DNA of 64,000 nt. Origin: an uncultured virus (IMG/VR IMGVR_UViG_3300028591_000162). Lineage: Duplodnaviria > Heunggongvirae > Uroviricota > Caudoviricetes. Positions 35,901-45,008 of the stretch are shown here, one piece after another. The stretch lies in the IMG/VR virus record IMGVR_UViG_3300028591_000162. One strand, written 5' to 3'. The notes under the pieces were generated by a model. The model made no database searches. It was not told where the DNA came from and saw nothing but the letters and a program-made list of their open reading frames with translations. Position 1 is the stretch's first letter, and every line of letters starts with the position of its first letter. A program made the position numbers and the translations under genes.

Positions 35901-38425
35901 GCACCATGTCCTAACCCTGTCGGGTCGATGCTCACATTGTGGGGATAGGTGTCGTTGACAACAACGTCCTGCAGTGTTTCCCAGTCGCCGTTCTTGTATA
36001 TCTCCACAACGGTTCTGATACCTCTGTCACTGGCATTGTTCGGGAAGCGATACATCGGGATAGATGTTTTCTGTCCTCCCACCTGTAACGAGGTCTCACG
36101 TGTATAGTTGAGGGTCTGCACACTCTCGCACGTTACATCAACGGCAATAATGCTGATGTTCTTTGTGGCGGTGTTGCCTCCATCGTCAGTGATAACAGCT
36201 TGCAGGGGCAATTCTCCTGCGTTCTGACACAGGCTACTCAAATCGAACTCAAAGGAGTAGTCGGCAAGGGTGGCACTCGATGCCTTTCTCGGATTGAAGA
36301 AAGCAACAGTATTCTTCGTTGTGCGGTTCACGAAGTTTACACTCATGATACTGTTCGATGTCTCTTGGCTACCTGCCTTGGTAACAGACATGATGGCAGC
36401 TTTCACAATGAATGAGCCACCTGCCTTGCCGTAGAAAGGATTATCCTTGAACGCTACGGCAATGGTAGTACCTGTGCCACCACCGCTGCCGGTGCCGACA
36501 TTAAACTGTATCTCGTCGCCTACATCGTCGCCCTCGGCATTAACAAGTTTCAGCTTCACTACACCCTCGGTCTCGGTGTCAACGTCCAGTCCAGCAGGGA
36601 TATGGGTGTATGCACCACCAGTAGAGAGTGCATCTTTACCGTCTTTCTCCGGCTCGTCGCTGGTCTCTACCTCGCTTCCACCTCCGAAGTCTTTCCACAA
36701 ACCTATCTCACCGAAGCCTGTCACCTCGCCTTGGAACTGTTTTGTTTCCATCACATTCTCGGCGGTGCGGTAACTGATGATAAGTCCTTTCTTGGCATAG
36801 CTCACACCTGTCTCACGCTGATATTCTATCAGTCGCGTAACGGCTGTTGCCAGCGTGTAGAACTCACCTGCCACTGGTGCGCCTATCATATCGTCGATGA
36901 TGATGTAGGTCTCGCTGCCTGCGGCAAGACTTCCAAAGTCTTTCCAATTCTCGGAGTTATACCAGTTGACTTCGTTCACGGTCTTACCAATGAACTGATA
37001 GGTTTTCCATATTCCCGAACCTACCTCAAAGCTGATGATAAGTCCGCTTGTCGCTTTCTTAGCGTTCCATGCAGCATGAACGGCTGATATGCCTGTGTTC
37101 TCGGTGTCGCACAGTACATAGTAACCACTGATGGGAACTTGGTTGGTAACATTGAAGATGCCGCTGGAACTGGAGCCACCAATCTGCTTCAAGTCTGCAT
37201 CGTCGGCATCGTACATATAGATGTCGCTGCCAAGGATATATTGCTTCTCGGTGTATGGAGTAGTGGTATTTGGCTGCATCCACTTGTCTTGCGTATTCCA
37301 GGCATTGTAGTATTTACCACCGCGCTTCACGACGAACTGCCCAAGGCTTTCTGAAAAGTAAACTTCGGACGGAAGTACATTCATAATTCCTGTCTGCTGT
37401 ATGGTGATTGCGCCTGTCACGATGCCACCAATCTTAATAGCGTGATGAGCCATGTTGTCGGCTTGAAGTGCCTCGTCTGCCTCGCCTAATTCGGTAAGAC
37501 GCTCGTTAATCTCATTTTTTATTTTTTCAATTCTCTCGGCAAAAGAATAACCGTACAATTCCTGCACCCACTGCGGAATGTTATCTTCGGCATCGTAATA
37601 ATGTCCGACGAAATAGAATGGGTCGTTAGCAGCGTTTGTTGAATACAAGATACACTCCGTAACTCGTTCGCCAAACTCACTGCCAGCATAATCACCTCTG
37701 CTGATACAGAAAGCAAGCCAAGCAGTATCACCGTCTGACAAGGTGCAAAGACGGCACTCTACGGGATTGCCGTTATATACATACGCACCAGCCTTTGGCA
37801 ACTCGGAGTTTTCTTCCATGTAGTTGGAAAGTTCTACGATGTAGGCTTTCTTCTGCTCGTCTGTTGAGAGTGATTGTAAGGCAGCGGCGGCAGTTGACAT
37901 TTGCTGTGCAAGTGCCGTGATATTGGCCTCGTTCGTGTCTGCCTTGCTCTTGGCTGCATTAGCGGTATTCTGTACGTTGTTCAGTTGGTTGCCAAGTGTG
38001 GTAAGTTGCTGCGTATGGCTGTTGATATTGGTCTCGGCTGTCCGAACTCTTGCGGCAACTTCGTCGATGTCCTCTTGCAACTGGGCTACGCCCTCGGTGT
38101 ACTGGCTCATATCAACGGTAACCTCAATGGTGCCACCTGTGGCTACCCAGTCACCGCCTTTGCCAACATACGCAGTGAAAGGCGTTGAGGCACCAACACC
38201 TGCCATCCAACCGTCATGAGGGACGGGGTATGCCTCGCGCAACTCCTGTACGGTGAGGAATATGCCTTTATTAGCACCCTTGATGTTAGGTGCTTCAAGC
38301 CACCCATCTACTTTGAGATTGTGACCGATGGAAACACTTCCGGCTATATTTGCTTTGCCACCTATCGCGACATTACGACCTACGGAAACATCACCATCTA
38401 TCTGTGTTGTCTTGATTGAACTCAT
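29999..38425 (-). CDS. Large tail fibre/adhesin protein; DGR target with C-terminal C-type-lectin(FGE)-like domain and LRR region
   Basis: N-terminal coiled coil; LRR-like repeats ~31850-32350; GLEDWWGNVSEW and GSRLAF C-terminal motifs; contains VR. Confidence 0.85.
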   Translation of the reverse strand: MSSIKTTQIDGDVSVGRNVAIGGKANIAGSVSIGHNLKVDGWLEAPNIKGANKGIFLTVQELREAYPVPHDGWMAGVGASTPFTAYVGKGGDWVATGGTIEVTVDMSQYTEGVAQLQEDIDEVAARVRTAETNINSHTQQLTTLGNQLNNVQNTANAAKSKADTNEANITALAQQMSTAAAALQSLSTDEQKKAYIVELSNYMEENSELPKAGAYVYNGNPVECRLCTLSDGDTAWLAFCISRGDYAGSEFGERVTECILYSTNAANDPFYFVGHYYDAEDNIPQWVQELYGYSFAERIEKIKNEINERLTELGEADEALQADNMAHHAIKIGGIVTGAITIQQTGIMNVLPSEVYFSESLGQFVVKRGGKYYNAWNTQDKWMQPNTTTPYTEKQYILGSDIYMYDADDADLKQIGGSSSSGIFNVTNQVPISGYYVLCDTENTGISAVHAAWNAKKATSGLIISFEVGSGIWKTYQFIGKTVNEVNWYNSENWKDFGSLAAGSETYIIIDDMIGAPVAGEFYTLATAVTRLIEYQRETGVSYAKKGLIISYRTAENVMETKQFQGEVTGFGEIGLWKDFGGGSEVETSDEPEKDGKDALSTGGAYTHIPAGLDVDTETEGVVKLKLVNAEGDDVGDEIQFNVGTGSGGGTGTTIAVAFKDNPFYGKAGGSFIVKAAIMSVTKAGSQETSNSIMSVNFVNRTTKNTVAFFNPRKASSATLADYSFEFDLSSLCQNAGELPLQAVITDDGGNTATKNISIIAVDVTCESVQTLNYTRETSLQVGGQKTSIPMYRFPNNASDRGIRTVVEIYKNGDWETLQDVVVNDTYPHNVSIDPTGLGHGAYPIRIQGTDVASGTRGNVLHTAVMVIEQREEVADYDKPIVVARWSDDSDGEVKLFETLKIDLACYQRSKNPAVVEVTVANQSTGAIETLSESSMYRNRYYTIEKRIVGYSQGDTLVFDATCGNVSLSEKREVLIDGSLLDIAETEGALYKISLAGRSNTDTDKTIKTQATDGTEKEIVVTGSNYSTNGFVLDTFGTEQSGGRMSLRIAENVKAECTDQPFASTSIPTNGLALSMTFKVKNIAKRNAHIIKCLGERLGFVLTGEKFIVTTNGDSDEALANVHTTAATSYLDDVVYRFDIVIEPQARAPYSGVMLCKVFQNGDMAACVPIDTSSAFPIFNDTIHFDGTDADLYLYEIVRWNTYYDFIQAFNNYIVNLTDTQAMLTEYEQNQVMADVTAEGVTKPRPDMQKLIDRGVMVCVETRTSDANLSKDGAAVTDSEIYYPDYIENIKDKKTQVLMDWYLYFPDRPWADCMIEAIPVTNQGTSTLAYAIKNKKGKAKKAKRIVMLHTREEVSKMYNGDETILAKYDEAVKLAAKKKIRIKDGSTPISTITIKVDYSDSAGANNCALMEQMNDVQLALGRNYMTPAQIFNTDSSEELHTSIDGVTCALFRTDYRIGQEKGSEAATLPENAYFHSKANFNADKGNPHFFGFEDVPGYNKGCVNYGDFKEIVTPRGTNIDTYKATVLAGSASLIPGTLYMISEFCGPETRFIENDGTGAMTETDAVAEFVDVDKTGAEIAADDVSDYDWSTVYRSTDGKYYKYTGGVWRDTTGSMTYDSSTGKWVIVGRVLNPVECYEYRQYQEFCWQQGVNSVDDMLETLHTDDGDVPIWSTYYESRYPDDDDLNDLYAQGRKVPYQLFRELLFCQQCNQNLTDDHEENAALNPDGSEKIFNGDGASLTITLDGNTVAGTKANRLLKWQHEMHHYFNPYSTNHYIVASDYKATVDQRAKNMMIAVYKETDGNMRYYFNHWYDGDSVDEADNDCYLTIPWDMDGANSHLYQGWDGVMFRQSFALFERGEGVWIDDNGTQLTLHDTAAAMRSAKTGAGLEIFSAAGSYRYWMTNRILKWPKVVSSFDGQRKYIETATAADNHYPALHGLRLESLPAFQRKRFAYRDGYYQTGDLFKHFFQARVMGAITVKITAAQDGYFGMGVDSTSSAKYSCYLRAGESHTFTEAAAGVGGKLIYIFGADKLSELDLSGCTPKNSNWVIADCTLLRKLIIGGESYTPSYTDDILSALSLGQMPFLEEIDIRNTKILTLNATGCPRLKTVKAHGSLLRSFSPAQSSPLQTLTLPSSMTELSFVNLPSLGYPNGGVSFDGLANVTRIQLSGCPSIDAQQLLADVINAGARLAEVQIDSYDMTGNSRTLEAMQSLGTRGIGSEQTNVCDGMNGSWIMSNLVEDAIFANLVAYFPNLTLYNAQYTLIEFDDAMEFDGNIRNLDNNTTDGEGDGYEPSGHITKLQSQMHVYKGTYNERTSKMQLEQVSDDNMRRLANGLDCDITDTNGAGYDLFLGVPHYWYKGINDYVNNKKYTAFSTEVNEPRSTARNINRHALGDLLLKGLSSVYVSGFNVGDVFNADNLTDSSANNVYSMNVENMKQVRWPGINSNLIGGLFLDKDGKVLSSVITYITHSLSDFVQGEYVFVSVPANAVTFVFTTPNGYDDLECIAVDSDAIEAIEPDWVEHDFTLIGCYKASVDNLMRLRSISGAAPKRGTGTSTTSSYWKYDANGDLTVGLPQAGTSMNFTCKDFQNLAKCRGAGYQVVDYEMHKDMAQLWMAIHGRRNSQGVNGTGVNAGTNTGGTDSTSEPSPFRETASGRPRTMGLEDWWGNVSEWMDNVALNIPSYDAFYKNRSVAPTGSPVDAVWHIKMPDGSERTVQGITNSGDNQEIARMKHGRFCDVIPSKCVTNASMNTYYCDAQWYTASGGRCVLRSGVGTYSVYGFVYCNANNDASNSLTDYGSRLAFRGAIEFVE
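30029..30144 (-). repeat. DGR variable repeat (VR) at the 3' end of the 2808-aa gene
   Basis: 14 mismatches to TR, all at TR adenines. Confidence 0.95.
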
Positions 38426-38432
38426 ATTGTAA

Positions 38433-39068
38433 TTACGTTAAAAATGTTTGCGCCAACTCGGAGACAGAGTTTCCTTTCTCCGTCTCTCCGCAGGTCAATA
38501 ATGTCAAACCTGCCGCAGTGTAGATTACGGCATTATAGCAACGCTCGCTGATGTCAACACCACCATCTTCGTCTATCTTGGGATAGGGTATGTAGATGGC
38601 ACGGCTGACTTTCGCGTCTGTGCTTTTGCATGAATAGAACTCCAACACCCTGCCCTCGGGACGTATGCCAATGGCACATACTGGACGCTGTGCCGTACCG
38701 CGTATTCCCTTGAAGCGGCTGTGCTGCTTCTCATATTCGGGGTCGTCGGTGCTGATGGCTTGATAGACTGCCTGTTCCCAATCGTCCATTTCAAAAACGA
38801 CAAGGCGCAGGAAGTCCTTTGGCAGCAACACCCAGCCACTTTCCAACTCTCGCCAATACACGGCATCGCCAAAGTTGTGTCCTCCCTCTAACAAGTAGTT
38901 GGGGGCATCACGATGGACACGCTGTATTGCTTCAAGTATCTTGGACTTGATGATTTCGTCAAGCGCAAGGGTGTCGATGTCACCACTCTCTATGAGTGCA
39001 TCGCTCTCCATGTTTTGGTCGAGGCAGATGCGAACATCCTGCATTATCTTGTCGATTTGAAATATCAT
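38433..39068 (-). CDS. Putative virion structural/adaptor protein
   Basis: Lies between the capsid and tail genes; start re-called at MIFQID. Confidence 0.55.
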   Translation of the reverse strand: MIFQIDKIMQDVRICLDQNMESDALIESGDIDTLALDEIIKSKILEAIQRVHRDAPNYLLEGGHNFGDAVYWRELESGWVLLPKDFLRLVVFEMDDWEQAVYQAISTDDPEYEKQHSRFKGIRGTAQRPVCAIGIRPEGRVLEFYSCKSTDAKVSRAIYIPYPKIDEDGGVDISERCYNAVIYTAAGLTLLTCGETEKGNSVSELAQTFLT

Positions 39069-39079
39069 GGCGAATGGGA

Positions 39080-39694
39080 TTAGGCGGTGAACACAAATTC
39101 TACTCCACACTCCTTGCAAGCTGCTTCAAAAGCGGTCTTGGTGCGGAGGCTGGTTGCTGTATAGTTCTTCTCGGCGAAATGCTCTTTGAGGTATTCAATA
39201 GCCTCGTTCTTGTCGGCTACCTTAATCTTGCCTCCGTCTGCATCCTCACCATCACCCTGCAATGTCTCGTCCTGTGTCTCGCCAGTCGGCTGCGCTTCCT
39301 CGGCAGGGGGTTCCTCTGCTGGTGTAGTGGGCGTTACTGTTTCCTCTGCTACATGGGCTGGAGTTTCGGGAACTGGTGTCTCTGTTACAGGTGATTGTTC
39401 ATCCTTTGCAGGCTTCTCGGCGGCTTTTGCTGCCATACGAGCCTTGCGTGCCTTGGTCGCCGCATCATCGGGAACTTCCATCGTTCCGAGTAGTTCAATG
39501 CGTCCACTCTTGAACTGCTTGCTGTTCTCAATCACGCTCTGAAAGAACGGATTGGAGGTTGAATACTTGGCAGGAGTTACACCGTAGGCTGTCAGTGCGC
39601 CACCAGTGAAGTGTACCGACACAGAACCCTTACCTGCCTTGATTTGCGTTGTCCAGTCCATCAGCCCGGACACGCCGTAAGTCTTACGTATCAT
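39080..39694 (-). CDS. Hypothetical protein with Pro/Glu/Thr-rich linker
   Basis: 204-aa ORF downstream of the capsid gene. Confidence 0.6.
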   Translation of the reverse strand: MIRKTYGVSGLMDWTTQIKAGKGSVSVHFTGGALTAYGVTPAKYSTSNPFFQSVIENSKQFKSGRIELLGTMEVPDDAATKARKARMAAKAAEKPAKDEQSPVTETPVPETPAHVAEETVTPTTPAEEPPAEEAQPTGETQDETLQGDGEDADGGKIKVADKNEAIEYLKEHFAEKNYTATSLRTKTAFEAACKECGVEFVFTA

Positions 39695-39732
39695 ATCTGA
39701 AATTCGTTTTATTGTTATACATTGCTAAAATG

Positions 39733-39767
39733 AAAAGTGGCGAATGGCGTTGAGGCCATCCGCCACT
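39733..39767 (-). terminator. Terminator after the major capsid gene
   Basis: AGTGGCG..ATGGC/GCCAT..CGCCACT stem with A-run. Confidence 0.65.
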
Positions 39768-39796
39768 AATGGATTGAATAAAGTTCTGATGTCGGT

Positions 39797-41332
39797 TTAG
39801 TCACCTGCATCAACTGTGCCGGTGAACTCAGTCCACGTCAGCGTGTTGCCGTTAACGGTTGCTTTCCACATCGTACCGTTCTGTGCAGTCTGATTTGCAT
39901 TCAGAACGCAGTCAACGGTGAAGTAGTAAACAGTGCCGTTGGTAACGTCTGCTGCGGTCGGGGTATCGTCGCTATCCCAGATGCTGTAAGTGGTAGCACC
40001 GCTGTTGGCGGTATCACCCTCACCGTCAATCCAAATATGGCAAGAGCCTTTCAGACAGAGGGCATCCCATACTACCATACCCTTGCGAGTTGCCTCCTCA
40101 CCATCAACGCGGTCGGAGAACTCATGCTGCGAAGAATAAGAGTAGTGAACAAGGCGGTCTTCACCAATCAGTGCGCCACTGTTAGACCAACCGAGGGTGT
40201 CAAGAGTTGGCTCACGCTTGATGTCGATGTCGCCGAATACGGTGTGGATACTTGTAACGCTCCAGCCGATGGGGTTCTGCTTCGAAATAATCTGAATTTC
40301 GGGGTGCTTGGAGAAGTCGATGCACTGAATTTCCTCCAACAGGTTCTTACCTGCAAGCAGGAGCGCAGTCTTAGGAACGTCCTCACCAGTGAAGAACAAC
40401 TTGGCAAGGGCAATCAACTTCTCGATAGTCCACTTGCCTGTGTGCTGCAACTCGCGCTTGAACTGCCAGCGGATGCCCTCGGTGAAGTACACGAACTGCT
40501 GTCCGAGTTTAGGAACATTCACGGTCAACTTACCTTTCTGACCTGCCCAAAGGGTGCGGTTTCCTGCACGCTTGAAGTTCAGAATGGCTTGCTCGGCAAT
40601 CATTGCCTGTGTGAAGTGGAGGTGCTTCTTCTGTGCCTCGAAGTAGTCCGACACGATTTGGTTCATGCCGCGCTTCTGCAGGTACACAATAGAGGGCTGC
40701 GGAATGATGAGGTCGGGGTCAACCTCTTTCTGCGTCTCATACAGGGCATTGCCAAGAAGTTTAATCTTGGTGCCAGCAGGGATTGCAGGAGTGCTGCACT
40801 GTGCCGAAGCATTTGCTTTCGGACCATTGACAGCGCGGCAAACAGGATTGCCAGTCGCAGTGTCACGACCTGTAACAAAGAGCATGAGGTCTTTGCCTGG
40901 TGTTGCAGTGCTGCCGTCTGCTTCGTAACCATTCACGCCACACACAAGCAGGGTGTGATAGTCGCGAGGAATTTGCTGGTCGTTGCTCTCCAAGGGGAGA
41001 ATGAACGAGTTTCCGTTTCCTGCGGTAACGGCTGCGTTCACAGTCAGCGTTGCACGCTGTTCGTCAATCATGTAGTGCTCGACTTCGGGCGATGCGACCT
41101 TTACTTTCTTCGCTTTCAACATGAGCGACATCAGGGCGGTGTCCTCACTTTGGAAACGGAACAACTGTTCGTCGATGTCTGTCTCAACGAGGTTTCCGGG
41201 TGCGATGCCACCGCTTGCGTCTGCAAGGCCGCTCACGGTGGAACTCTGACCGGGTACTTGCGTCTGCAAGCCGGCACTTCCGGGTGTGGTGGGGATTGCT
41301 CCTCCAGCACTTACGTTTACATTTTCTGCCAT
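39797..41332 (-). CDS. Putative major capsid protein
   Basis: 511 aa, follows the scaffold-like gene, followed by a terminator; call is from synteny. Confidence 0.7.
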   Translation of the reverse strand: MAENVNVSAGGAIPTTPGSAGLQTQVPGQSSTVSGLADASGGIAPGNLVETDIDEQLFRFQSEDTALMSLMLKAKKVKVASPEVEHYMIDEQRATLTVNAAVTAGNGNSFILPLESNDQQIPRDYHTLLVCGVNGYEADGSTATPGKDLMLFVTGRDTATGNPVCRAVNGPKANASAQCSTPAIPAGTKIKLLGNALYETQKEVDPDLIIPQPSIVYLQKRGMNQIVSDYFEAQKKHLHFTQAMIAEQAILNFKRAGNRTLWAGQKGKLTVNVPKLGQQFVYFTEGIRWQFKRELQHTGKWTIEKLIALAKLFFTGEDVPKTALLLAGKNLLEEIQCIDFSKHPEIQIISKQNPIGWSVTSIHTVFGDIDIKREPTLDTLGWSNSGALIGEDRLVHYSYSSQHEFSDRVDGEEATRKGMVVWDALCLKGSCHIWIDGEGDTANSGATTYSIWDSDDTPTAADVTNGTVYYFTVDCVLNANQTAQNGTMWKATVNGNTLTWTEFTGTVDAGD

Positions 41333-41543
41333 TGCTTAAAAATTTTTAGAGGGTTGAAAAAATATAATAACTTAGAAACTTACTTAGTATCTCGCTCTAC
41401 GAACTTGCCGCGTCCGATACCTCCAGTTGCTGCTGACACGTTGCTGACTGTTGTTGCTTGACCAGCCAACTGCGTCTTCAAACCTGCACTACCTTTCGTC
41501 GGTTGTATCGGTGTGGCATCTACCACTTGTACGTTCTCCTTTA

Positions 41544-42299
41544 TCATCGGGCTTCATCTGCAAGGTCAAACATACTTTGCTTCGTGTTCTTGCGAGTAGG
41601 AGCGTTGTTGCTTCCTGCAAGGTTAGGAGTGCCGTCACCTGTAGTAGGCTTGCGCAACTTCTCGTCAATCTTGGCGTTCCTACCTGCCACCGTTCCCTCG
41701 GTGCGTGCGTTCTGTACGTCTGCATCGTGGTTCACGGCTTTCAGTGCCATGTCGATGTCTTCCTCCGTGAATGTGCCACGGATAGCAGCATCGGCAACGT
41801 GATGAAGATAGTCCCAAGCGGCATCAATCATATCGTCGCTAATGCCACGCTCTTGCTTCATTCGCTCCAGCATCGGGAGGGTGACTTCTTTCATGTTCTT
41901 CTCATACTCCTCCTCCAGCGACTTCTCTTTGGCAAGACGCTCAACATACTTCTTGTTGGCTTCTGCATACGCTTCCTGCTTGCTGGGGTCGTTCATGAGG
42001 TCGGTAATGCCGTCGATGCCAAGACGCTCTATCACGGCAAGCCAAGGGTCATTACCCTTTGCCATGTCTGCAATGAACTGTGCAGCACGGTTGTCTTTTG
42101 ACAGGAGGTCGGTCAGACGGCTCTCACGCTCTTTGTACTGACCAAGTTCGTTGTCGTACTGGTCGTAATCATCGTTGATTTGACCGAACAATGCCTCATC
42201 GTCCGCATAGTCGCGGTCGGGATATTTCTTTTTTAGTCGCTCGCCGAAGAGGTCTCTTTTACTCTTGGCAGGTGCGGTCGGGGTCTGATTTTCAGCCAT
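41544..42299 (-). CDS. Putative scaffolding protein
   Basis: Acidic helical protein directly upstream of the capsid gene. Confidence 0.6.
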   Translation of the reverse strand: MAENQTPTAPAKSKRDLFGERLKKKYPDRDYADDEALFGQINDDYDQYDNELGQYKERESRLTDLLSKDNRAAQFIADMAKGNDPWLAVIERLGIDGITDLMNDPSKQEAYAEANKKYVERLAKEKSLEEEYEKNMKEVTLPMLERMKQERGISDDMIDAAWDYLHHVADAAIRGTFTEEDIDMALKAVNHDADVQNARTEGTVAGRNAKIDEKLRKPTTGDGTPNLAGSNNAPTRKNTKQSMFDLADEAR

Positions 42300-42338
42300 G
42301 ATGTTATTTTTTATATGGTTTTACCTATTTTTCTTCGG

Positions 42339-42380
42339 CAAATTTACAAACATAGTCTCGCTGTTTTTTGTTATCTTTTG
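42339..42380 (-). promoter_or_regulatory. Putative late promoter CAAAAGATAAC-N23-TAAATTTG (scaffold-capsid operon)
   Basis: Conserved motif and spacing; back-to-back with + promoter TACCTTTG at 42405. Confidence 0.7.
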
Positions 42381-42463
42381 TGTCAGTATCTCGGAATTTT
42401 TTTGTACCTTTGTACCGCTATATCAGTGCTTTATAAACTAAAACTGTACGCTAATGGGTTAAG

Positions 42464-42943
42464 ATGAAGTATCATGGTTGTATCCTTGAGTTCACAGATG
42501 AACGAAATGACGAACTGATGAGAGCGTTCCGTGAAGCAATCAACAAACGGACGTTCATAGACATCACGGAAATATCGGAAGAAGTGGTGAACATGCCTTG
42601 CTCTCGCTTTTGGGTTTCTGAGGAGAGGGCTATGGTGGTGGTCGCTGCGCTTATCAAGGGAAAGCCTGTACTCGATGCTATGCGACCGACCAAACGAGAA
42701 ATGTTCCAAGAGATATACAACCGCGTGCTGGCTCTGCAAAAACAATTTCCAAAAGCATCAATGTTTGAACTGGTGCTGAAAGCCGTCAACTCACCGGCAC
42801 CAAAGTTCTACATGACACCTCGCAGTGCTATGGAAACAATATACAAGATAAAAAAGGGTTTCTATGAAAAACAAAACCGACGTTATAGCAGTGCTAACCT
42901 ATTGTCGCTGCCGACACAGGAACTTGAACAAGACCAGCATTGA
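42464..42943 (+). CDS. Hypothetical protein with internal duplication; candidate late-gene regulator
   Basis: Lone + strand gene with its own promoter; repeats VVNMPCSRFWVSEERA / AVNSPAPKFYMTPRSA. Confidence 0.6.
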   Translation: MKYHGCILEFTDERNDELMRAFREAINKRTFIDITEISEEVVNMPCSRFWVSEERAMVVVAALIKGKPVLDAMRPTKREMFQEIYNRVLALQKQFPKASMFELVLKAVNSPAPKFYMTPRSAMETIYKIKKGFYEKQNRRYSSANLLSLPTQELEQDQH

Positions 42944-44996
42944 TATTGTTGATTTTCTTTACTATACGAGGTAACTCCATTTCATGATAACATACTTGCA
43001 TACCTATTGCGCGTGTCATTAGACGGTCGTCGTGATAGCCCTCCATAGCCTCAAAAACATTGTTTTCCGTCTCTACGTATGTTAGGTATTCATCAAGACA
43101 CGCTTCTTCTCTTTCGATATACAAACGCTCTCTGATAACCACTTTGAGGTTATAAATAACGACTTTCTTTGTCAATGGGTTGGTGTGATAGCCGTACTTC
43201 TTTGGCAGACCTTGTCTGATGTCTTCTGCACTCTGCTTGCGTGCATAGAGTTGTTTGCCGTAAACCTCGTGTATGAGCGTCAAGATATATTCTGCCTCAC
43301 CCTTGGTGTTGTTCGTTTCAAGCGTGTTACTCTCTATGACCAGCAAAGCATTGTTATAATATGCTGCTACCTGCGTGGCTTTCCATGCCAGTTTATCCAT
43401 GTCGATGTGTCCGTGCCATTCTGCTGCGACAACAGGAGGCTCGCCGTCCATCATAAACAGGCGGTCTATAACAAGTATGTCTGCAAAGTCGGCGTTCTTG
43501 GTGTGTCCCTTGCATACGTCAACGATTACCAAGTATCTGTCAGTAACTTCTTCGGTGTCGCTCCTCTCAACATCATGCCACATGAACAGCCGTCCGTCTG
43601 CCTCTTTCTTGAAACGCAGTCCCTCAATGGCTTTCTCTCCCTCATCGGCACTTCCGTATATCTCACCTATCCAGCGAGGTGCGCGACAAGCAGGTCTGAA
43701 CTGTTCAACGTCCTCACTGCTGAAAACCTTGCGTCCCGAATAGGTAAATGCCTCGATGTCGTCAGATGGGTACTCCGATGCCATGTCACCATGATTGGTG
43801 TACTTGCTGCGCTCAGAAACATACCAGTGGATGGCTTCAAGCGTTGCACCTTTCTCCCACAACCGCCAAAGGTATGTACCTGGTTCATCGCGGTCTGACT
43901 TAACCTCGTCGTTACGTCTGTTCTCAAATAGTTTCTTGGCAAAAGCGTATTTCTCTGCTTCGTTGGCGAATGGCAGTTCATACTGTTCTATCTCAAACCA
44001 CGCCACAAACATTGCCTCAAATTGCGATAGTCCTTTCTTCGCTGCCAAGTATTCTTTGTGGAAGAAGTTGCCTACACCGTTTGGCGTTGACTCATACACT
44101 ATCATGGTGTATGGACGTAGAAGAATACCAGAGCAAGCACTTCGCACAATGTCCTCCGGCTTCTTGCCGTCTGTCTCTTTCCACAAGGCAACCTCCGACA
44201 GATGCACAAGGTTGTAGTCACCGCCACGACAGGAGTTAGGTCTTTCTGCTGTGCCGATTTTGATTTTGCAGTTGCGTTGCGGTACTCTGAAGATGTTACC
44301 CGACTTGCCGACACCAACCATCTTCGGCTCGTTGGGGGCGTATGCTTCGCCAAGTTCGTGCAGCATTTCAACTGGGTACGACTTAATCATGCGGTCGAAC
44401 ATGTCCTTGATTTCGTCGGAACCAGTACCTTGATGGGCAATGATAAGCGAGTTAAGACCAACCTCATGCACAAGCTGCAACCATGCCATGTATATCTGAA
44501 TGGCGGTTGAACCTCCCCACTGACGTGCTTTCAGAAGTATCAGACGAATAGGCTTGCCAGCCTTACGCATCTTCTCTAACCGCTTGATTAACTTGCGCTG
44601 CGGTCTGTTCAATCTGAAAAGAACGTCTGTTCCTCCACCCTTGCGCTTGATGTATGCAAACATCGCTGCCCAAAATGGGTAGTCATGCTTTTGCCTTATC
44701 CTTATGAACTCCTCTACAACCTTGTCGCGTGCCTCATCGGTGATAGGCAACATCAGAGCATCGCGAATGAAAGCATCAACACTACCAGCATTTGACAAGG
44801 ACTTGACAAATGGCTCATCCATCATTTCCACTGGCAGGTACTGCGTGGGGATAGGATAATCAGAAATGGTAAAGGCAACACGCTGTCCGATGCTGCCCTC
44901 ACCAGTTATAGGATTGAACGGCGCAAATACTATTGCGCGTCTGCGCTCGTTCTCCTGTAGTATCTTACTGATAGTAATGTCGATAGTTTCTTTCAC
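42894..44996 (-). CDS. terL: Terminase large subunit
   Basis: LKARQWGGST Walker A, HLSEVA Walker B, YESTPNG, nuclease domain VDVCKG...HDDRLM. Confidence 0.92.
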   Translation of the reverse strand: MKETIDITISKILQENERRRAIVFAPFNPITGEGSIGQRVAFTISDYPIPTQYLPVEMMDEPFVKSLSNAGSVDAFIRDALMLPITDEARDKVVEEFIRIRQKHDYPFWAAMFAYIKRKGGGTDVLFRLNRPQRKLIKRLEKMRKAGKPIRLILLKARQWGGSTAIQIYMAWLQLVHEVGLNSLIIAHQGTGSDEIKDMFDRMIKSYPVEMLHELGEAYAPNEPKMVGVGKSGNIFRVPQRNCKIKIGTAERPNSCRGGDYNLVHLSEVALWKETDGKKPEDIVRSACSGILLRPYTMIVYESTPNGVGNFFHKEYLAAKKGLSQFEAMFVAWFEIEQYELPFANEAEKYAFAKKLFENRRNDEVKSDRDEPGTYLWRLWEKGATLEAIHWYVSERSKYTNHGDMASEYPSDDIEAFTYSGRKVFSSEDVEQFRPACRAPRWIGEIYGSADEGEKAIEGLRFKKEADGRLFMWHDVERSDTEEVTDRYLVIVDVCKGHTKNADFADILVIDRLFMMDGEPPVVAAEWHGHIDMDKLAWKATQVAAYYNNALLVIESNTLETNNTKGEAEYILTLIHEVYGKQLYARKQSAEDIRQGLPKKYGYHTNPLTKKVVIYNLKVVIRERLYIEREEACLDEYLTYVETENNVFEAMEGYHDDRLMTRAIGMQVCYHEMELPRIVKKINNINAGLVQVPVSAATIG

Positions 44997-45008
44997 AAAA
45001 CAGAATTA

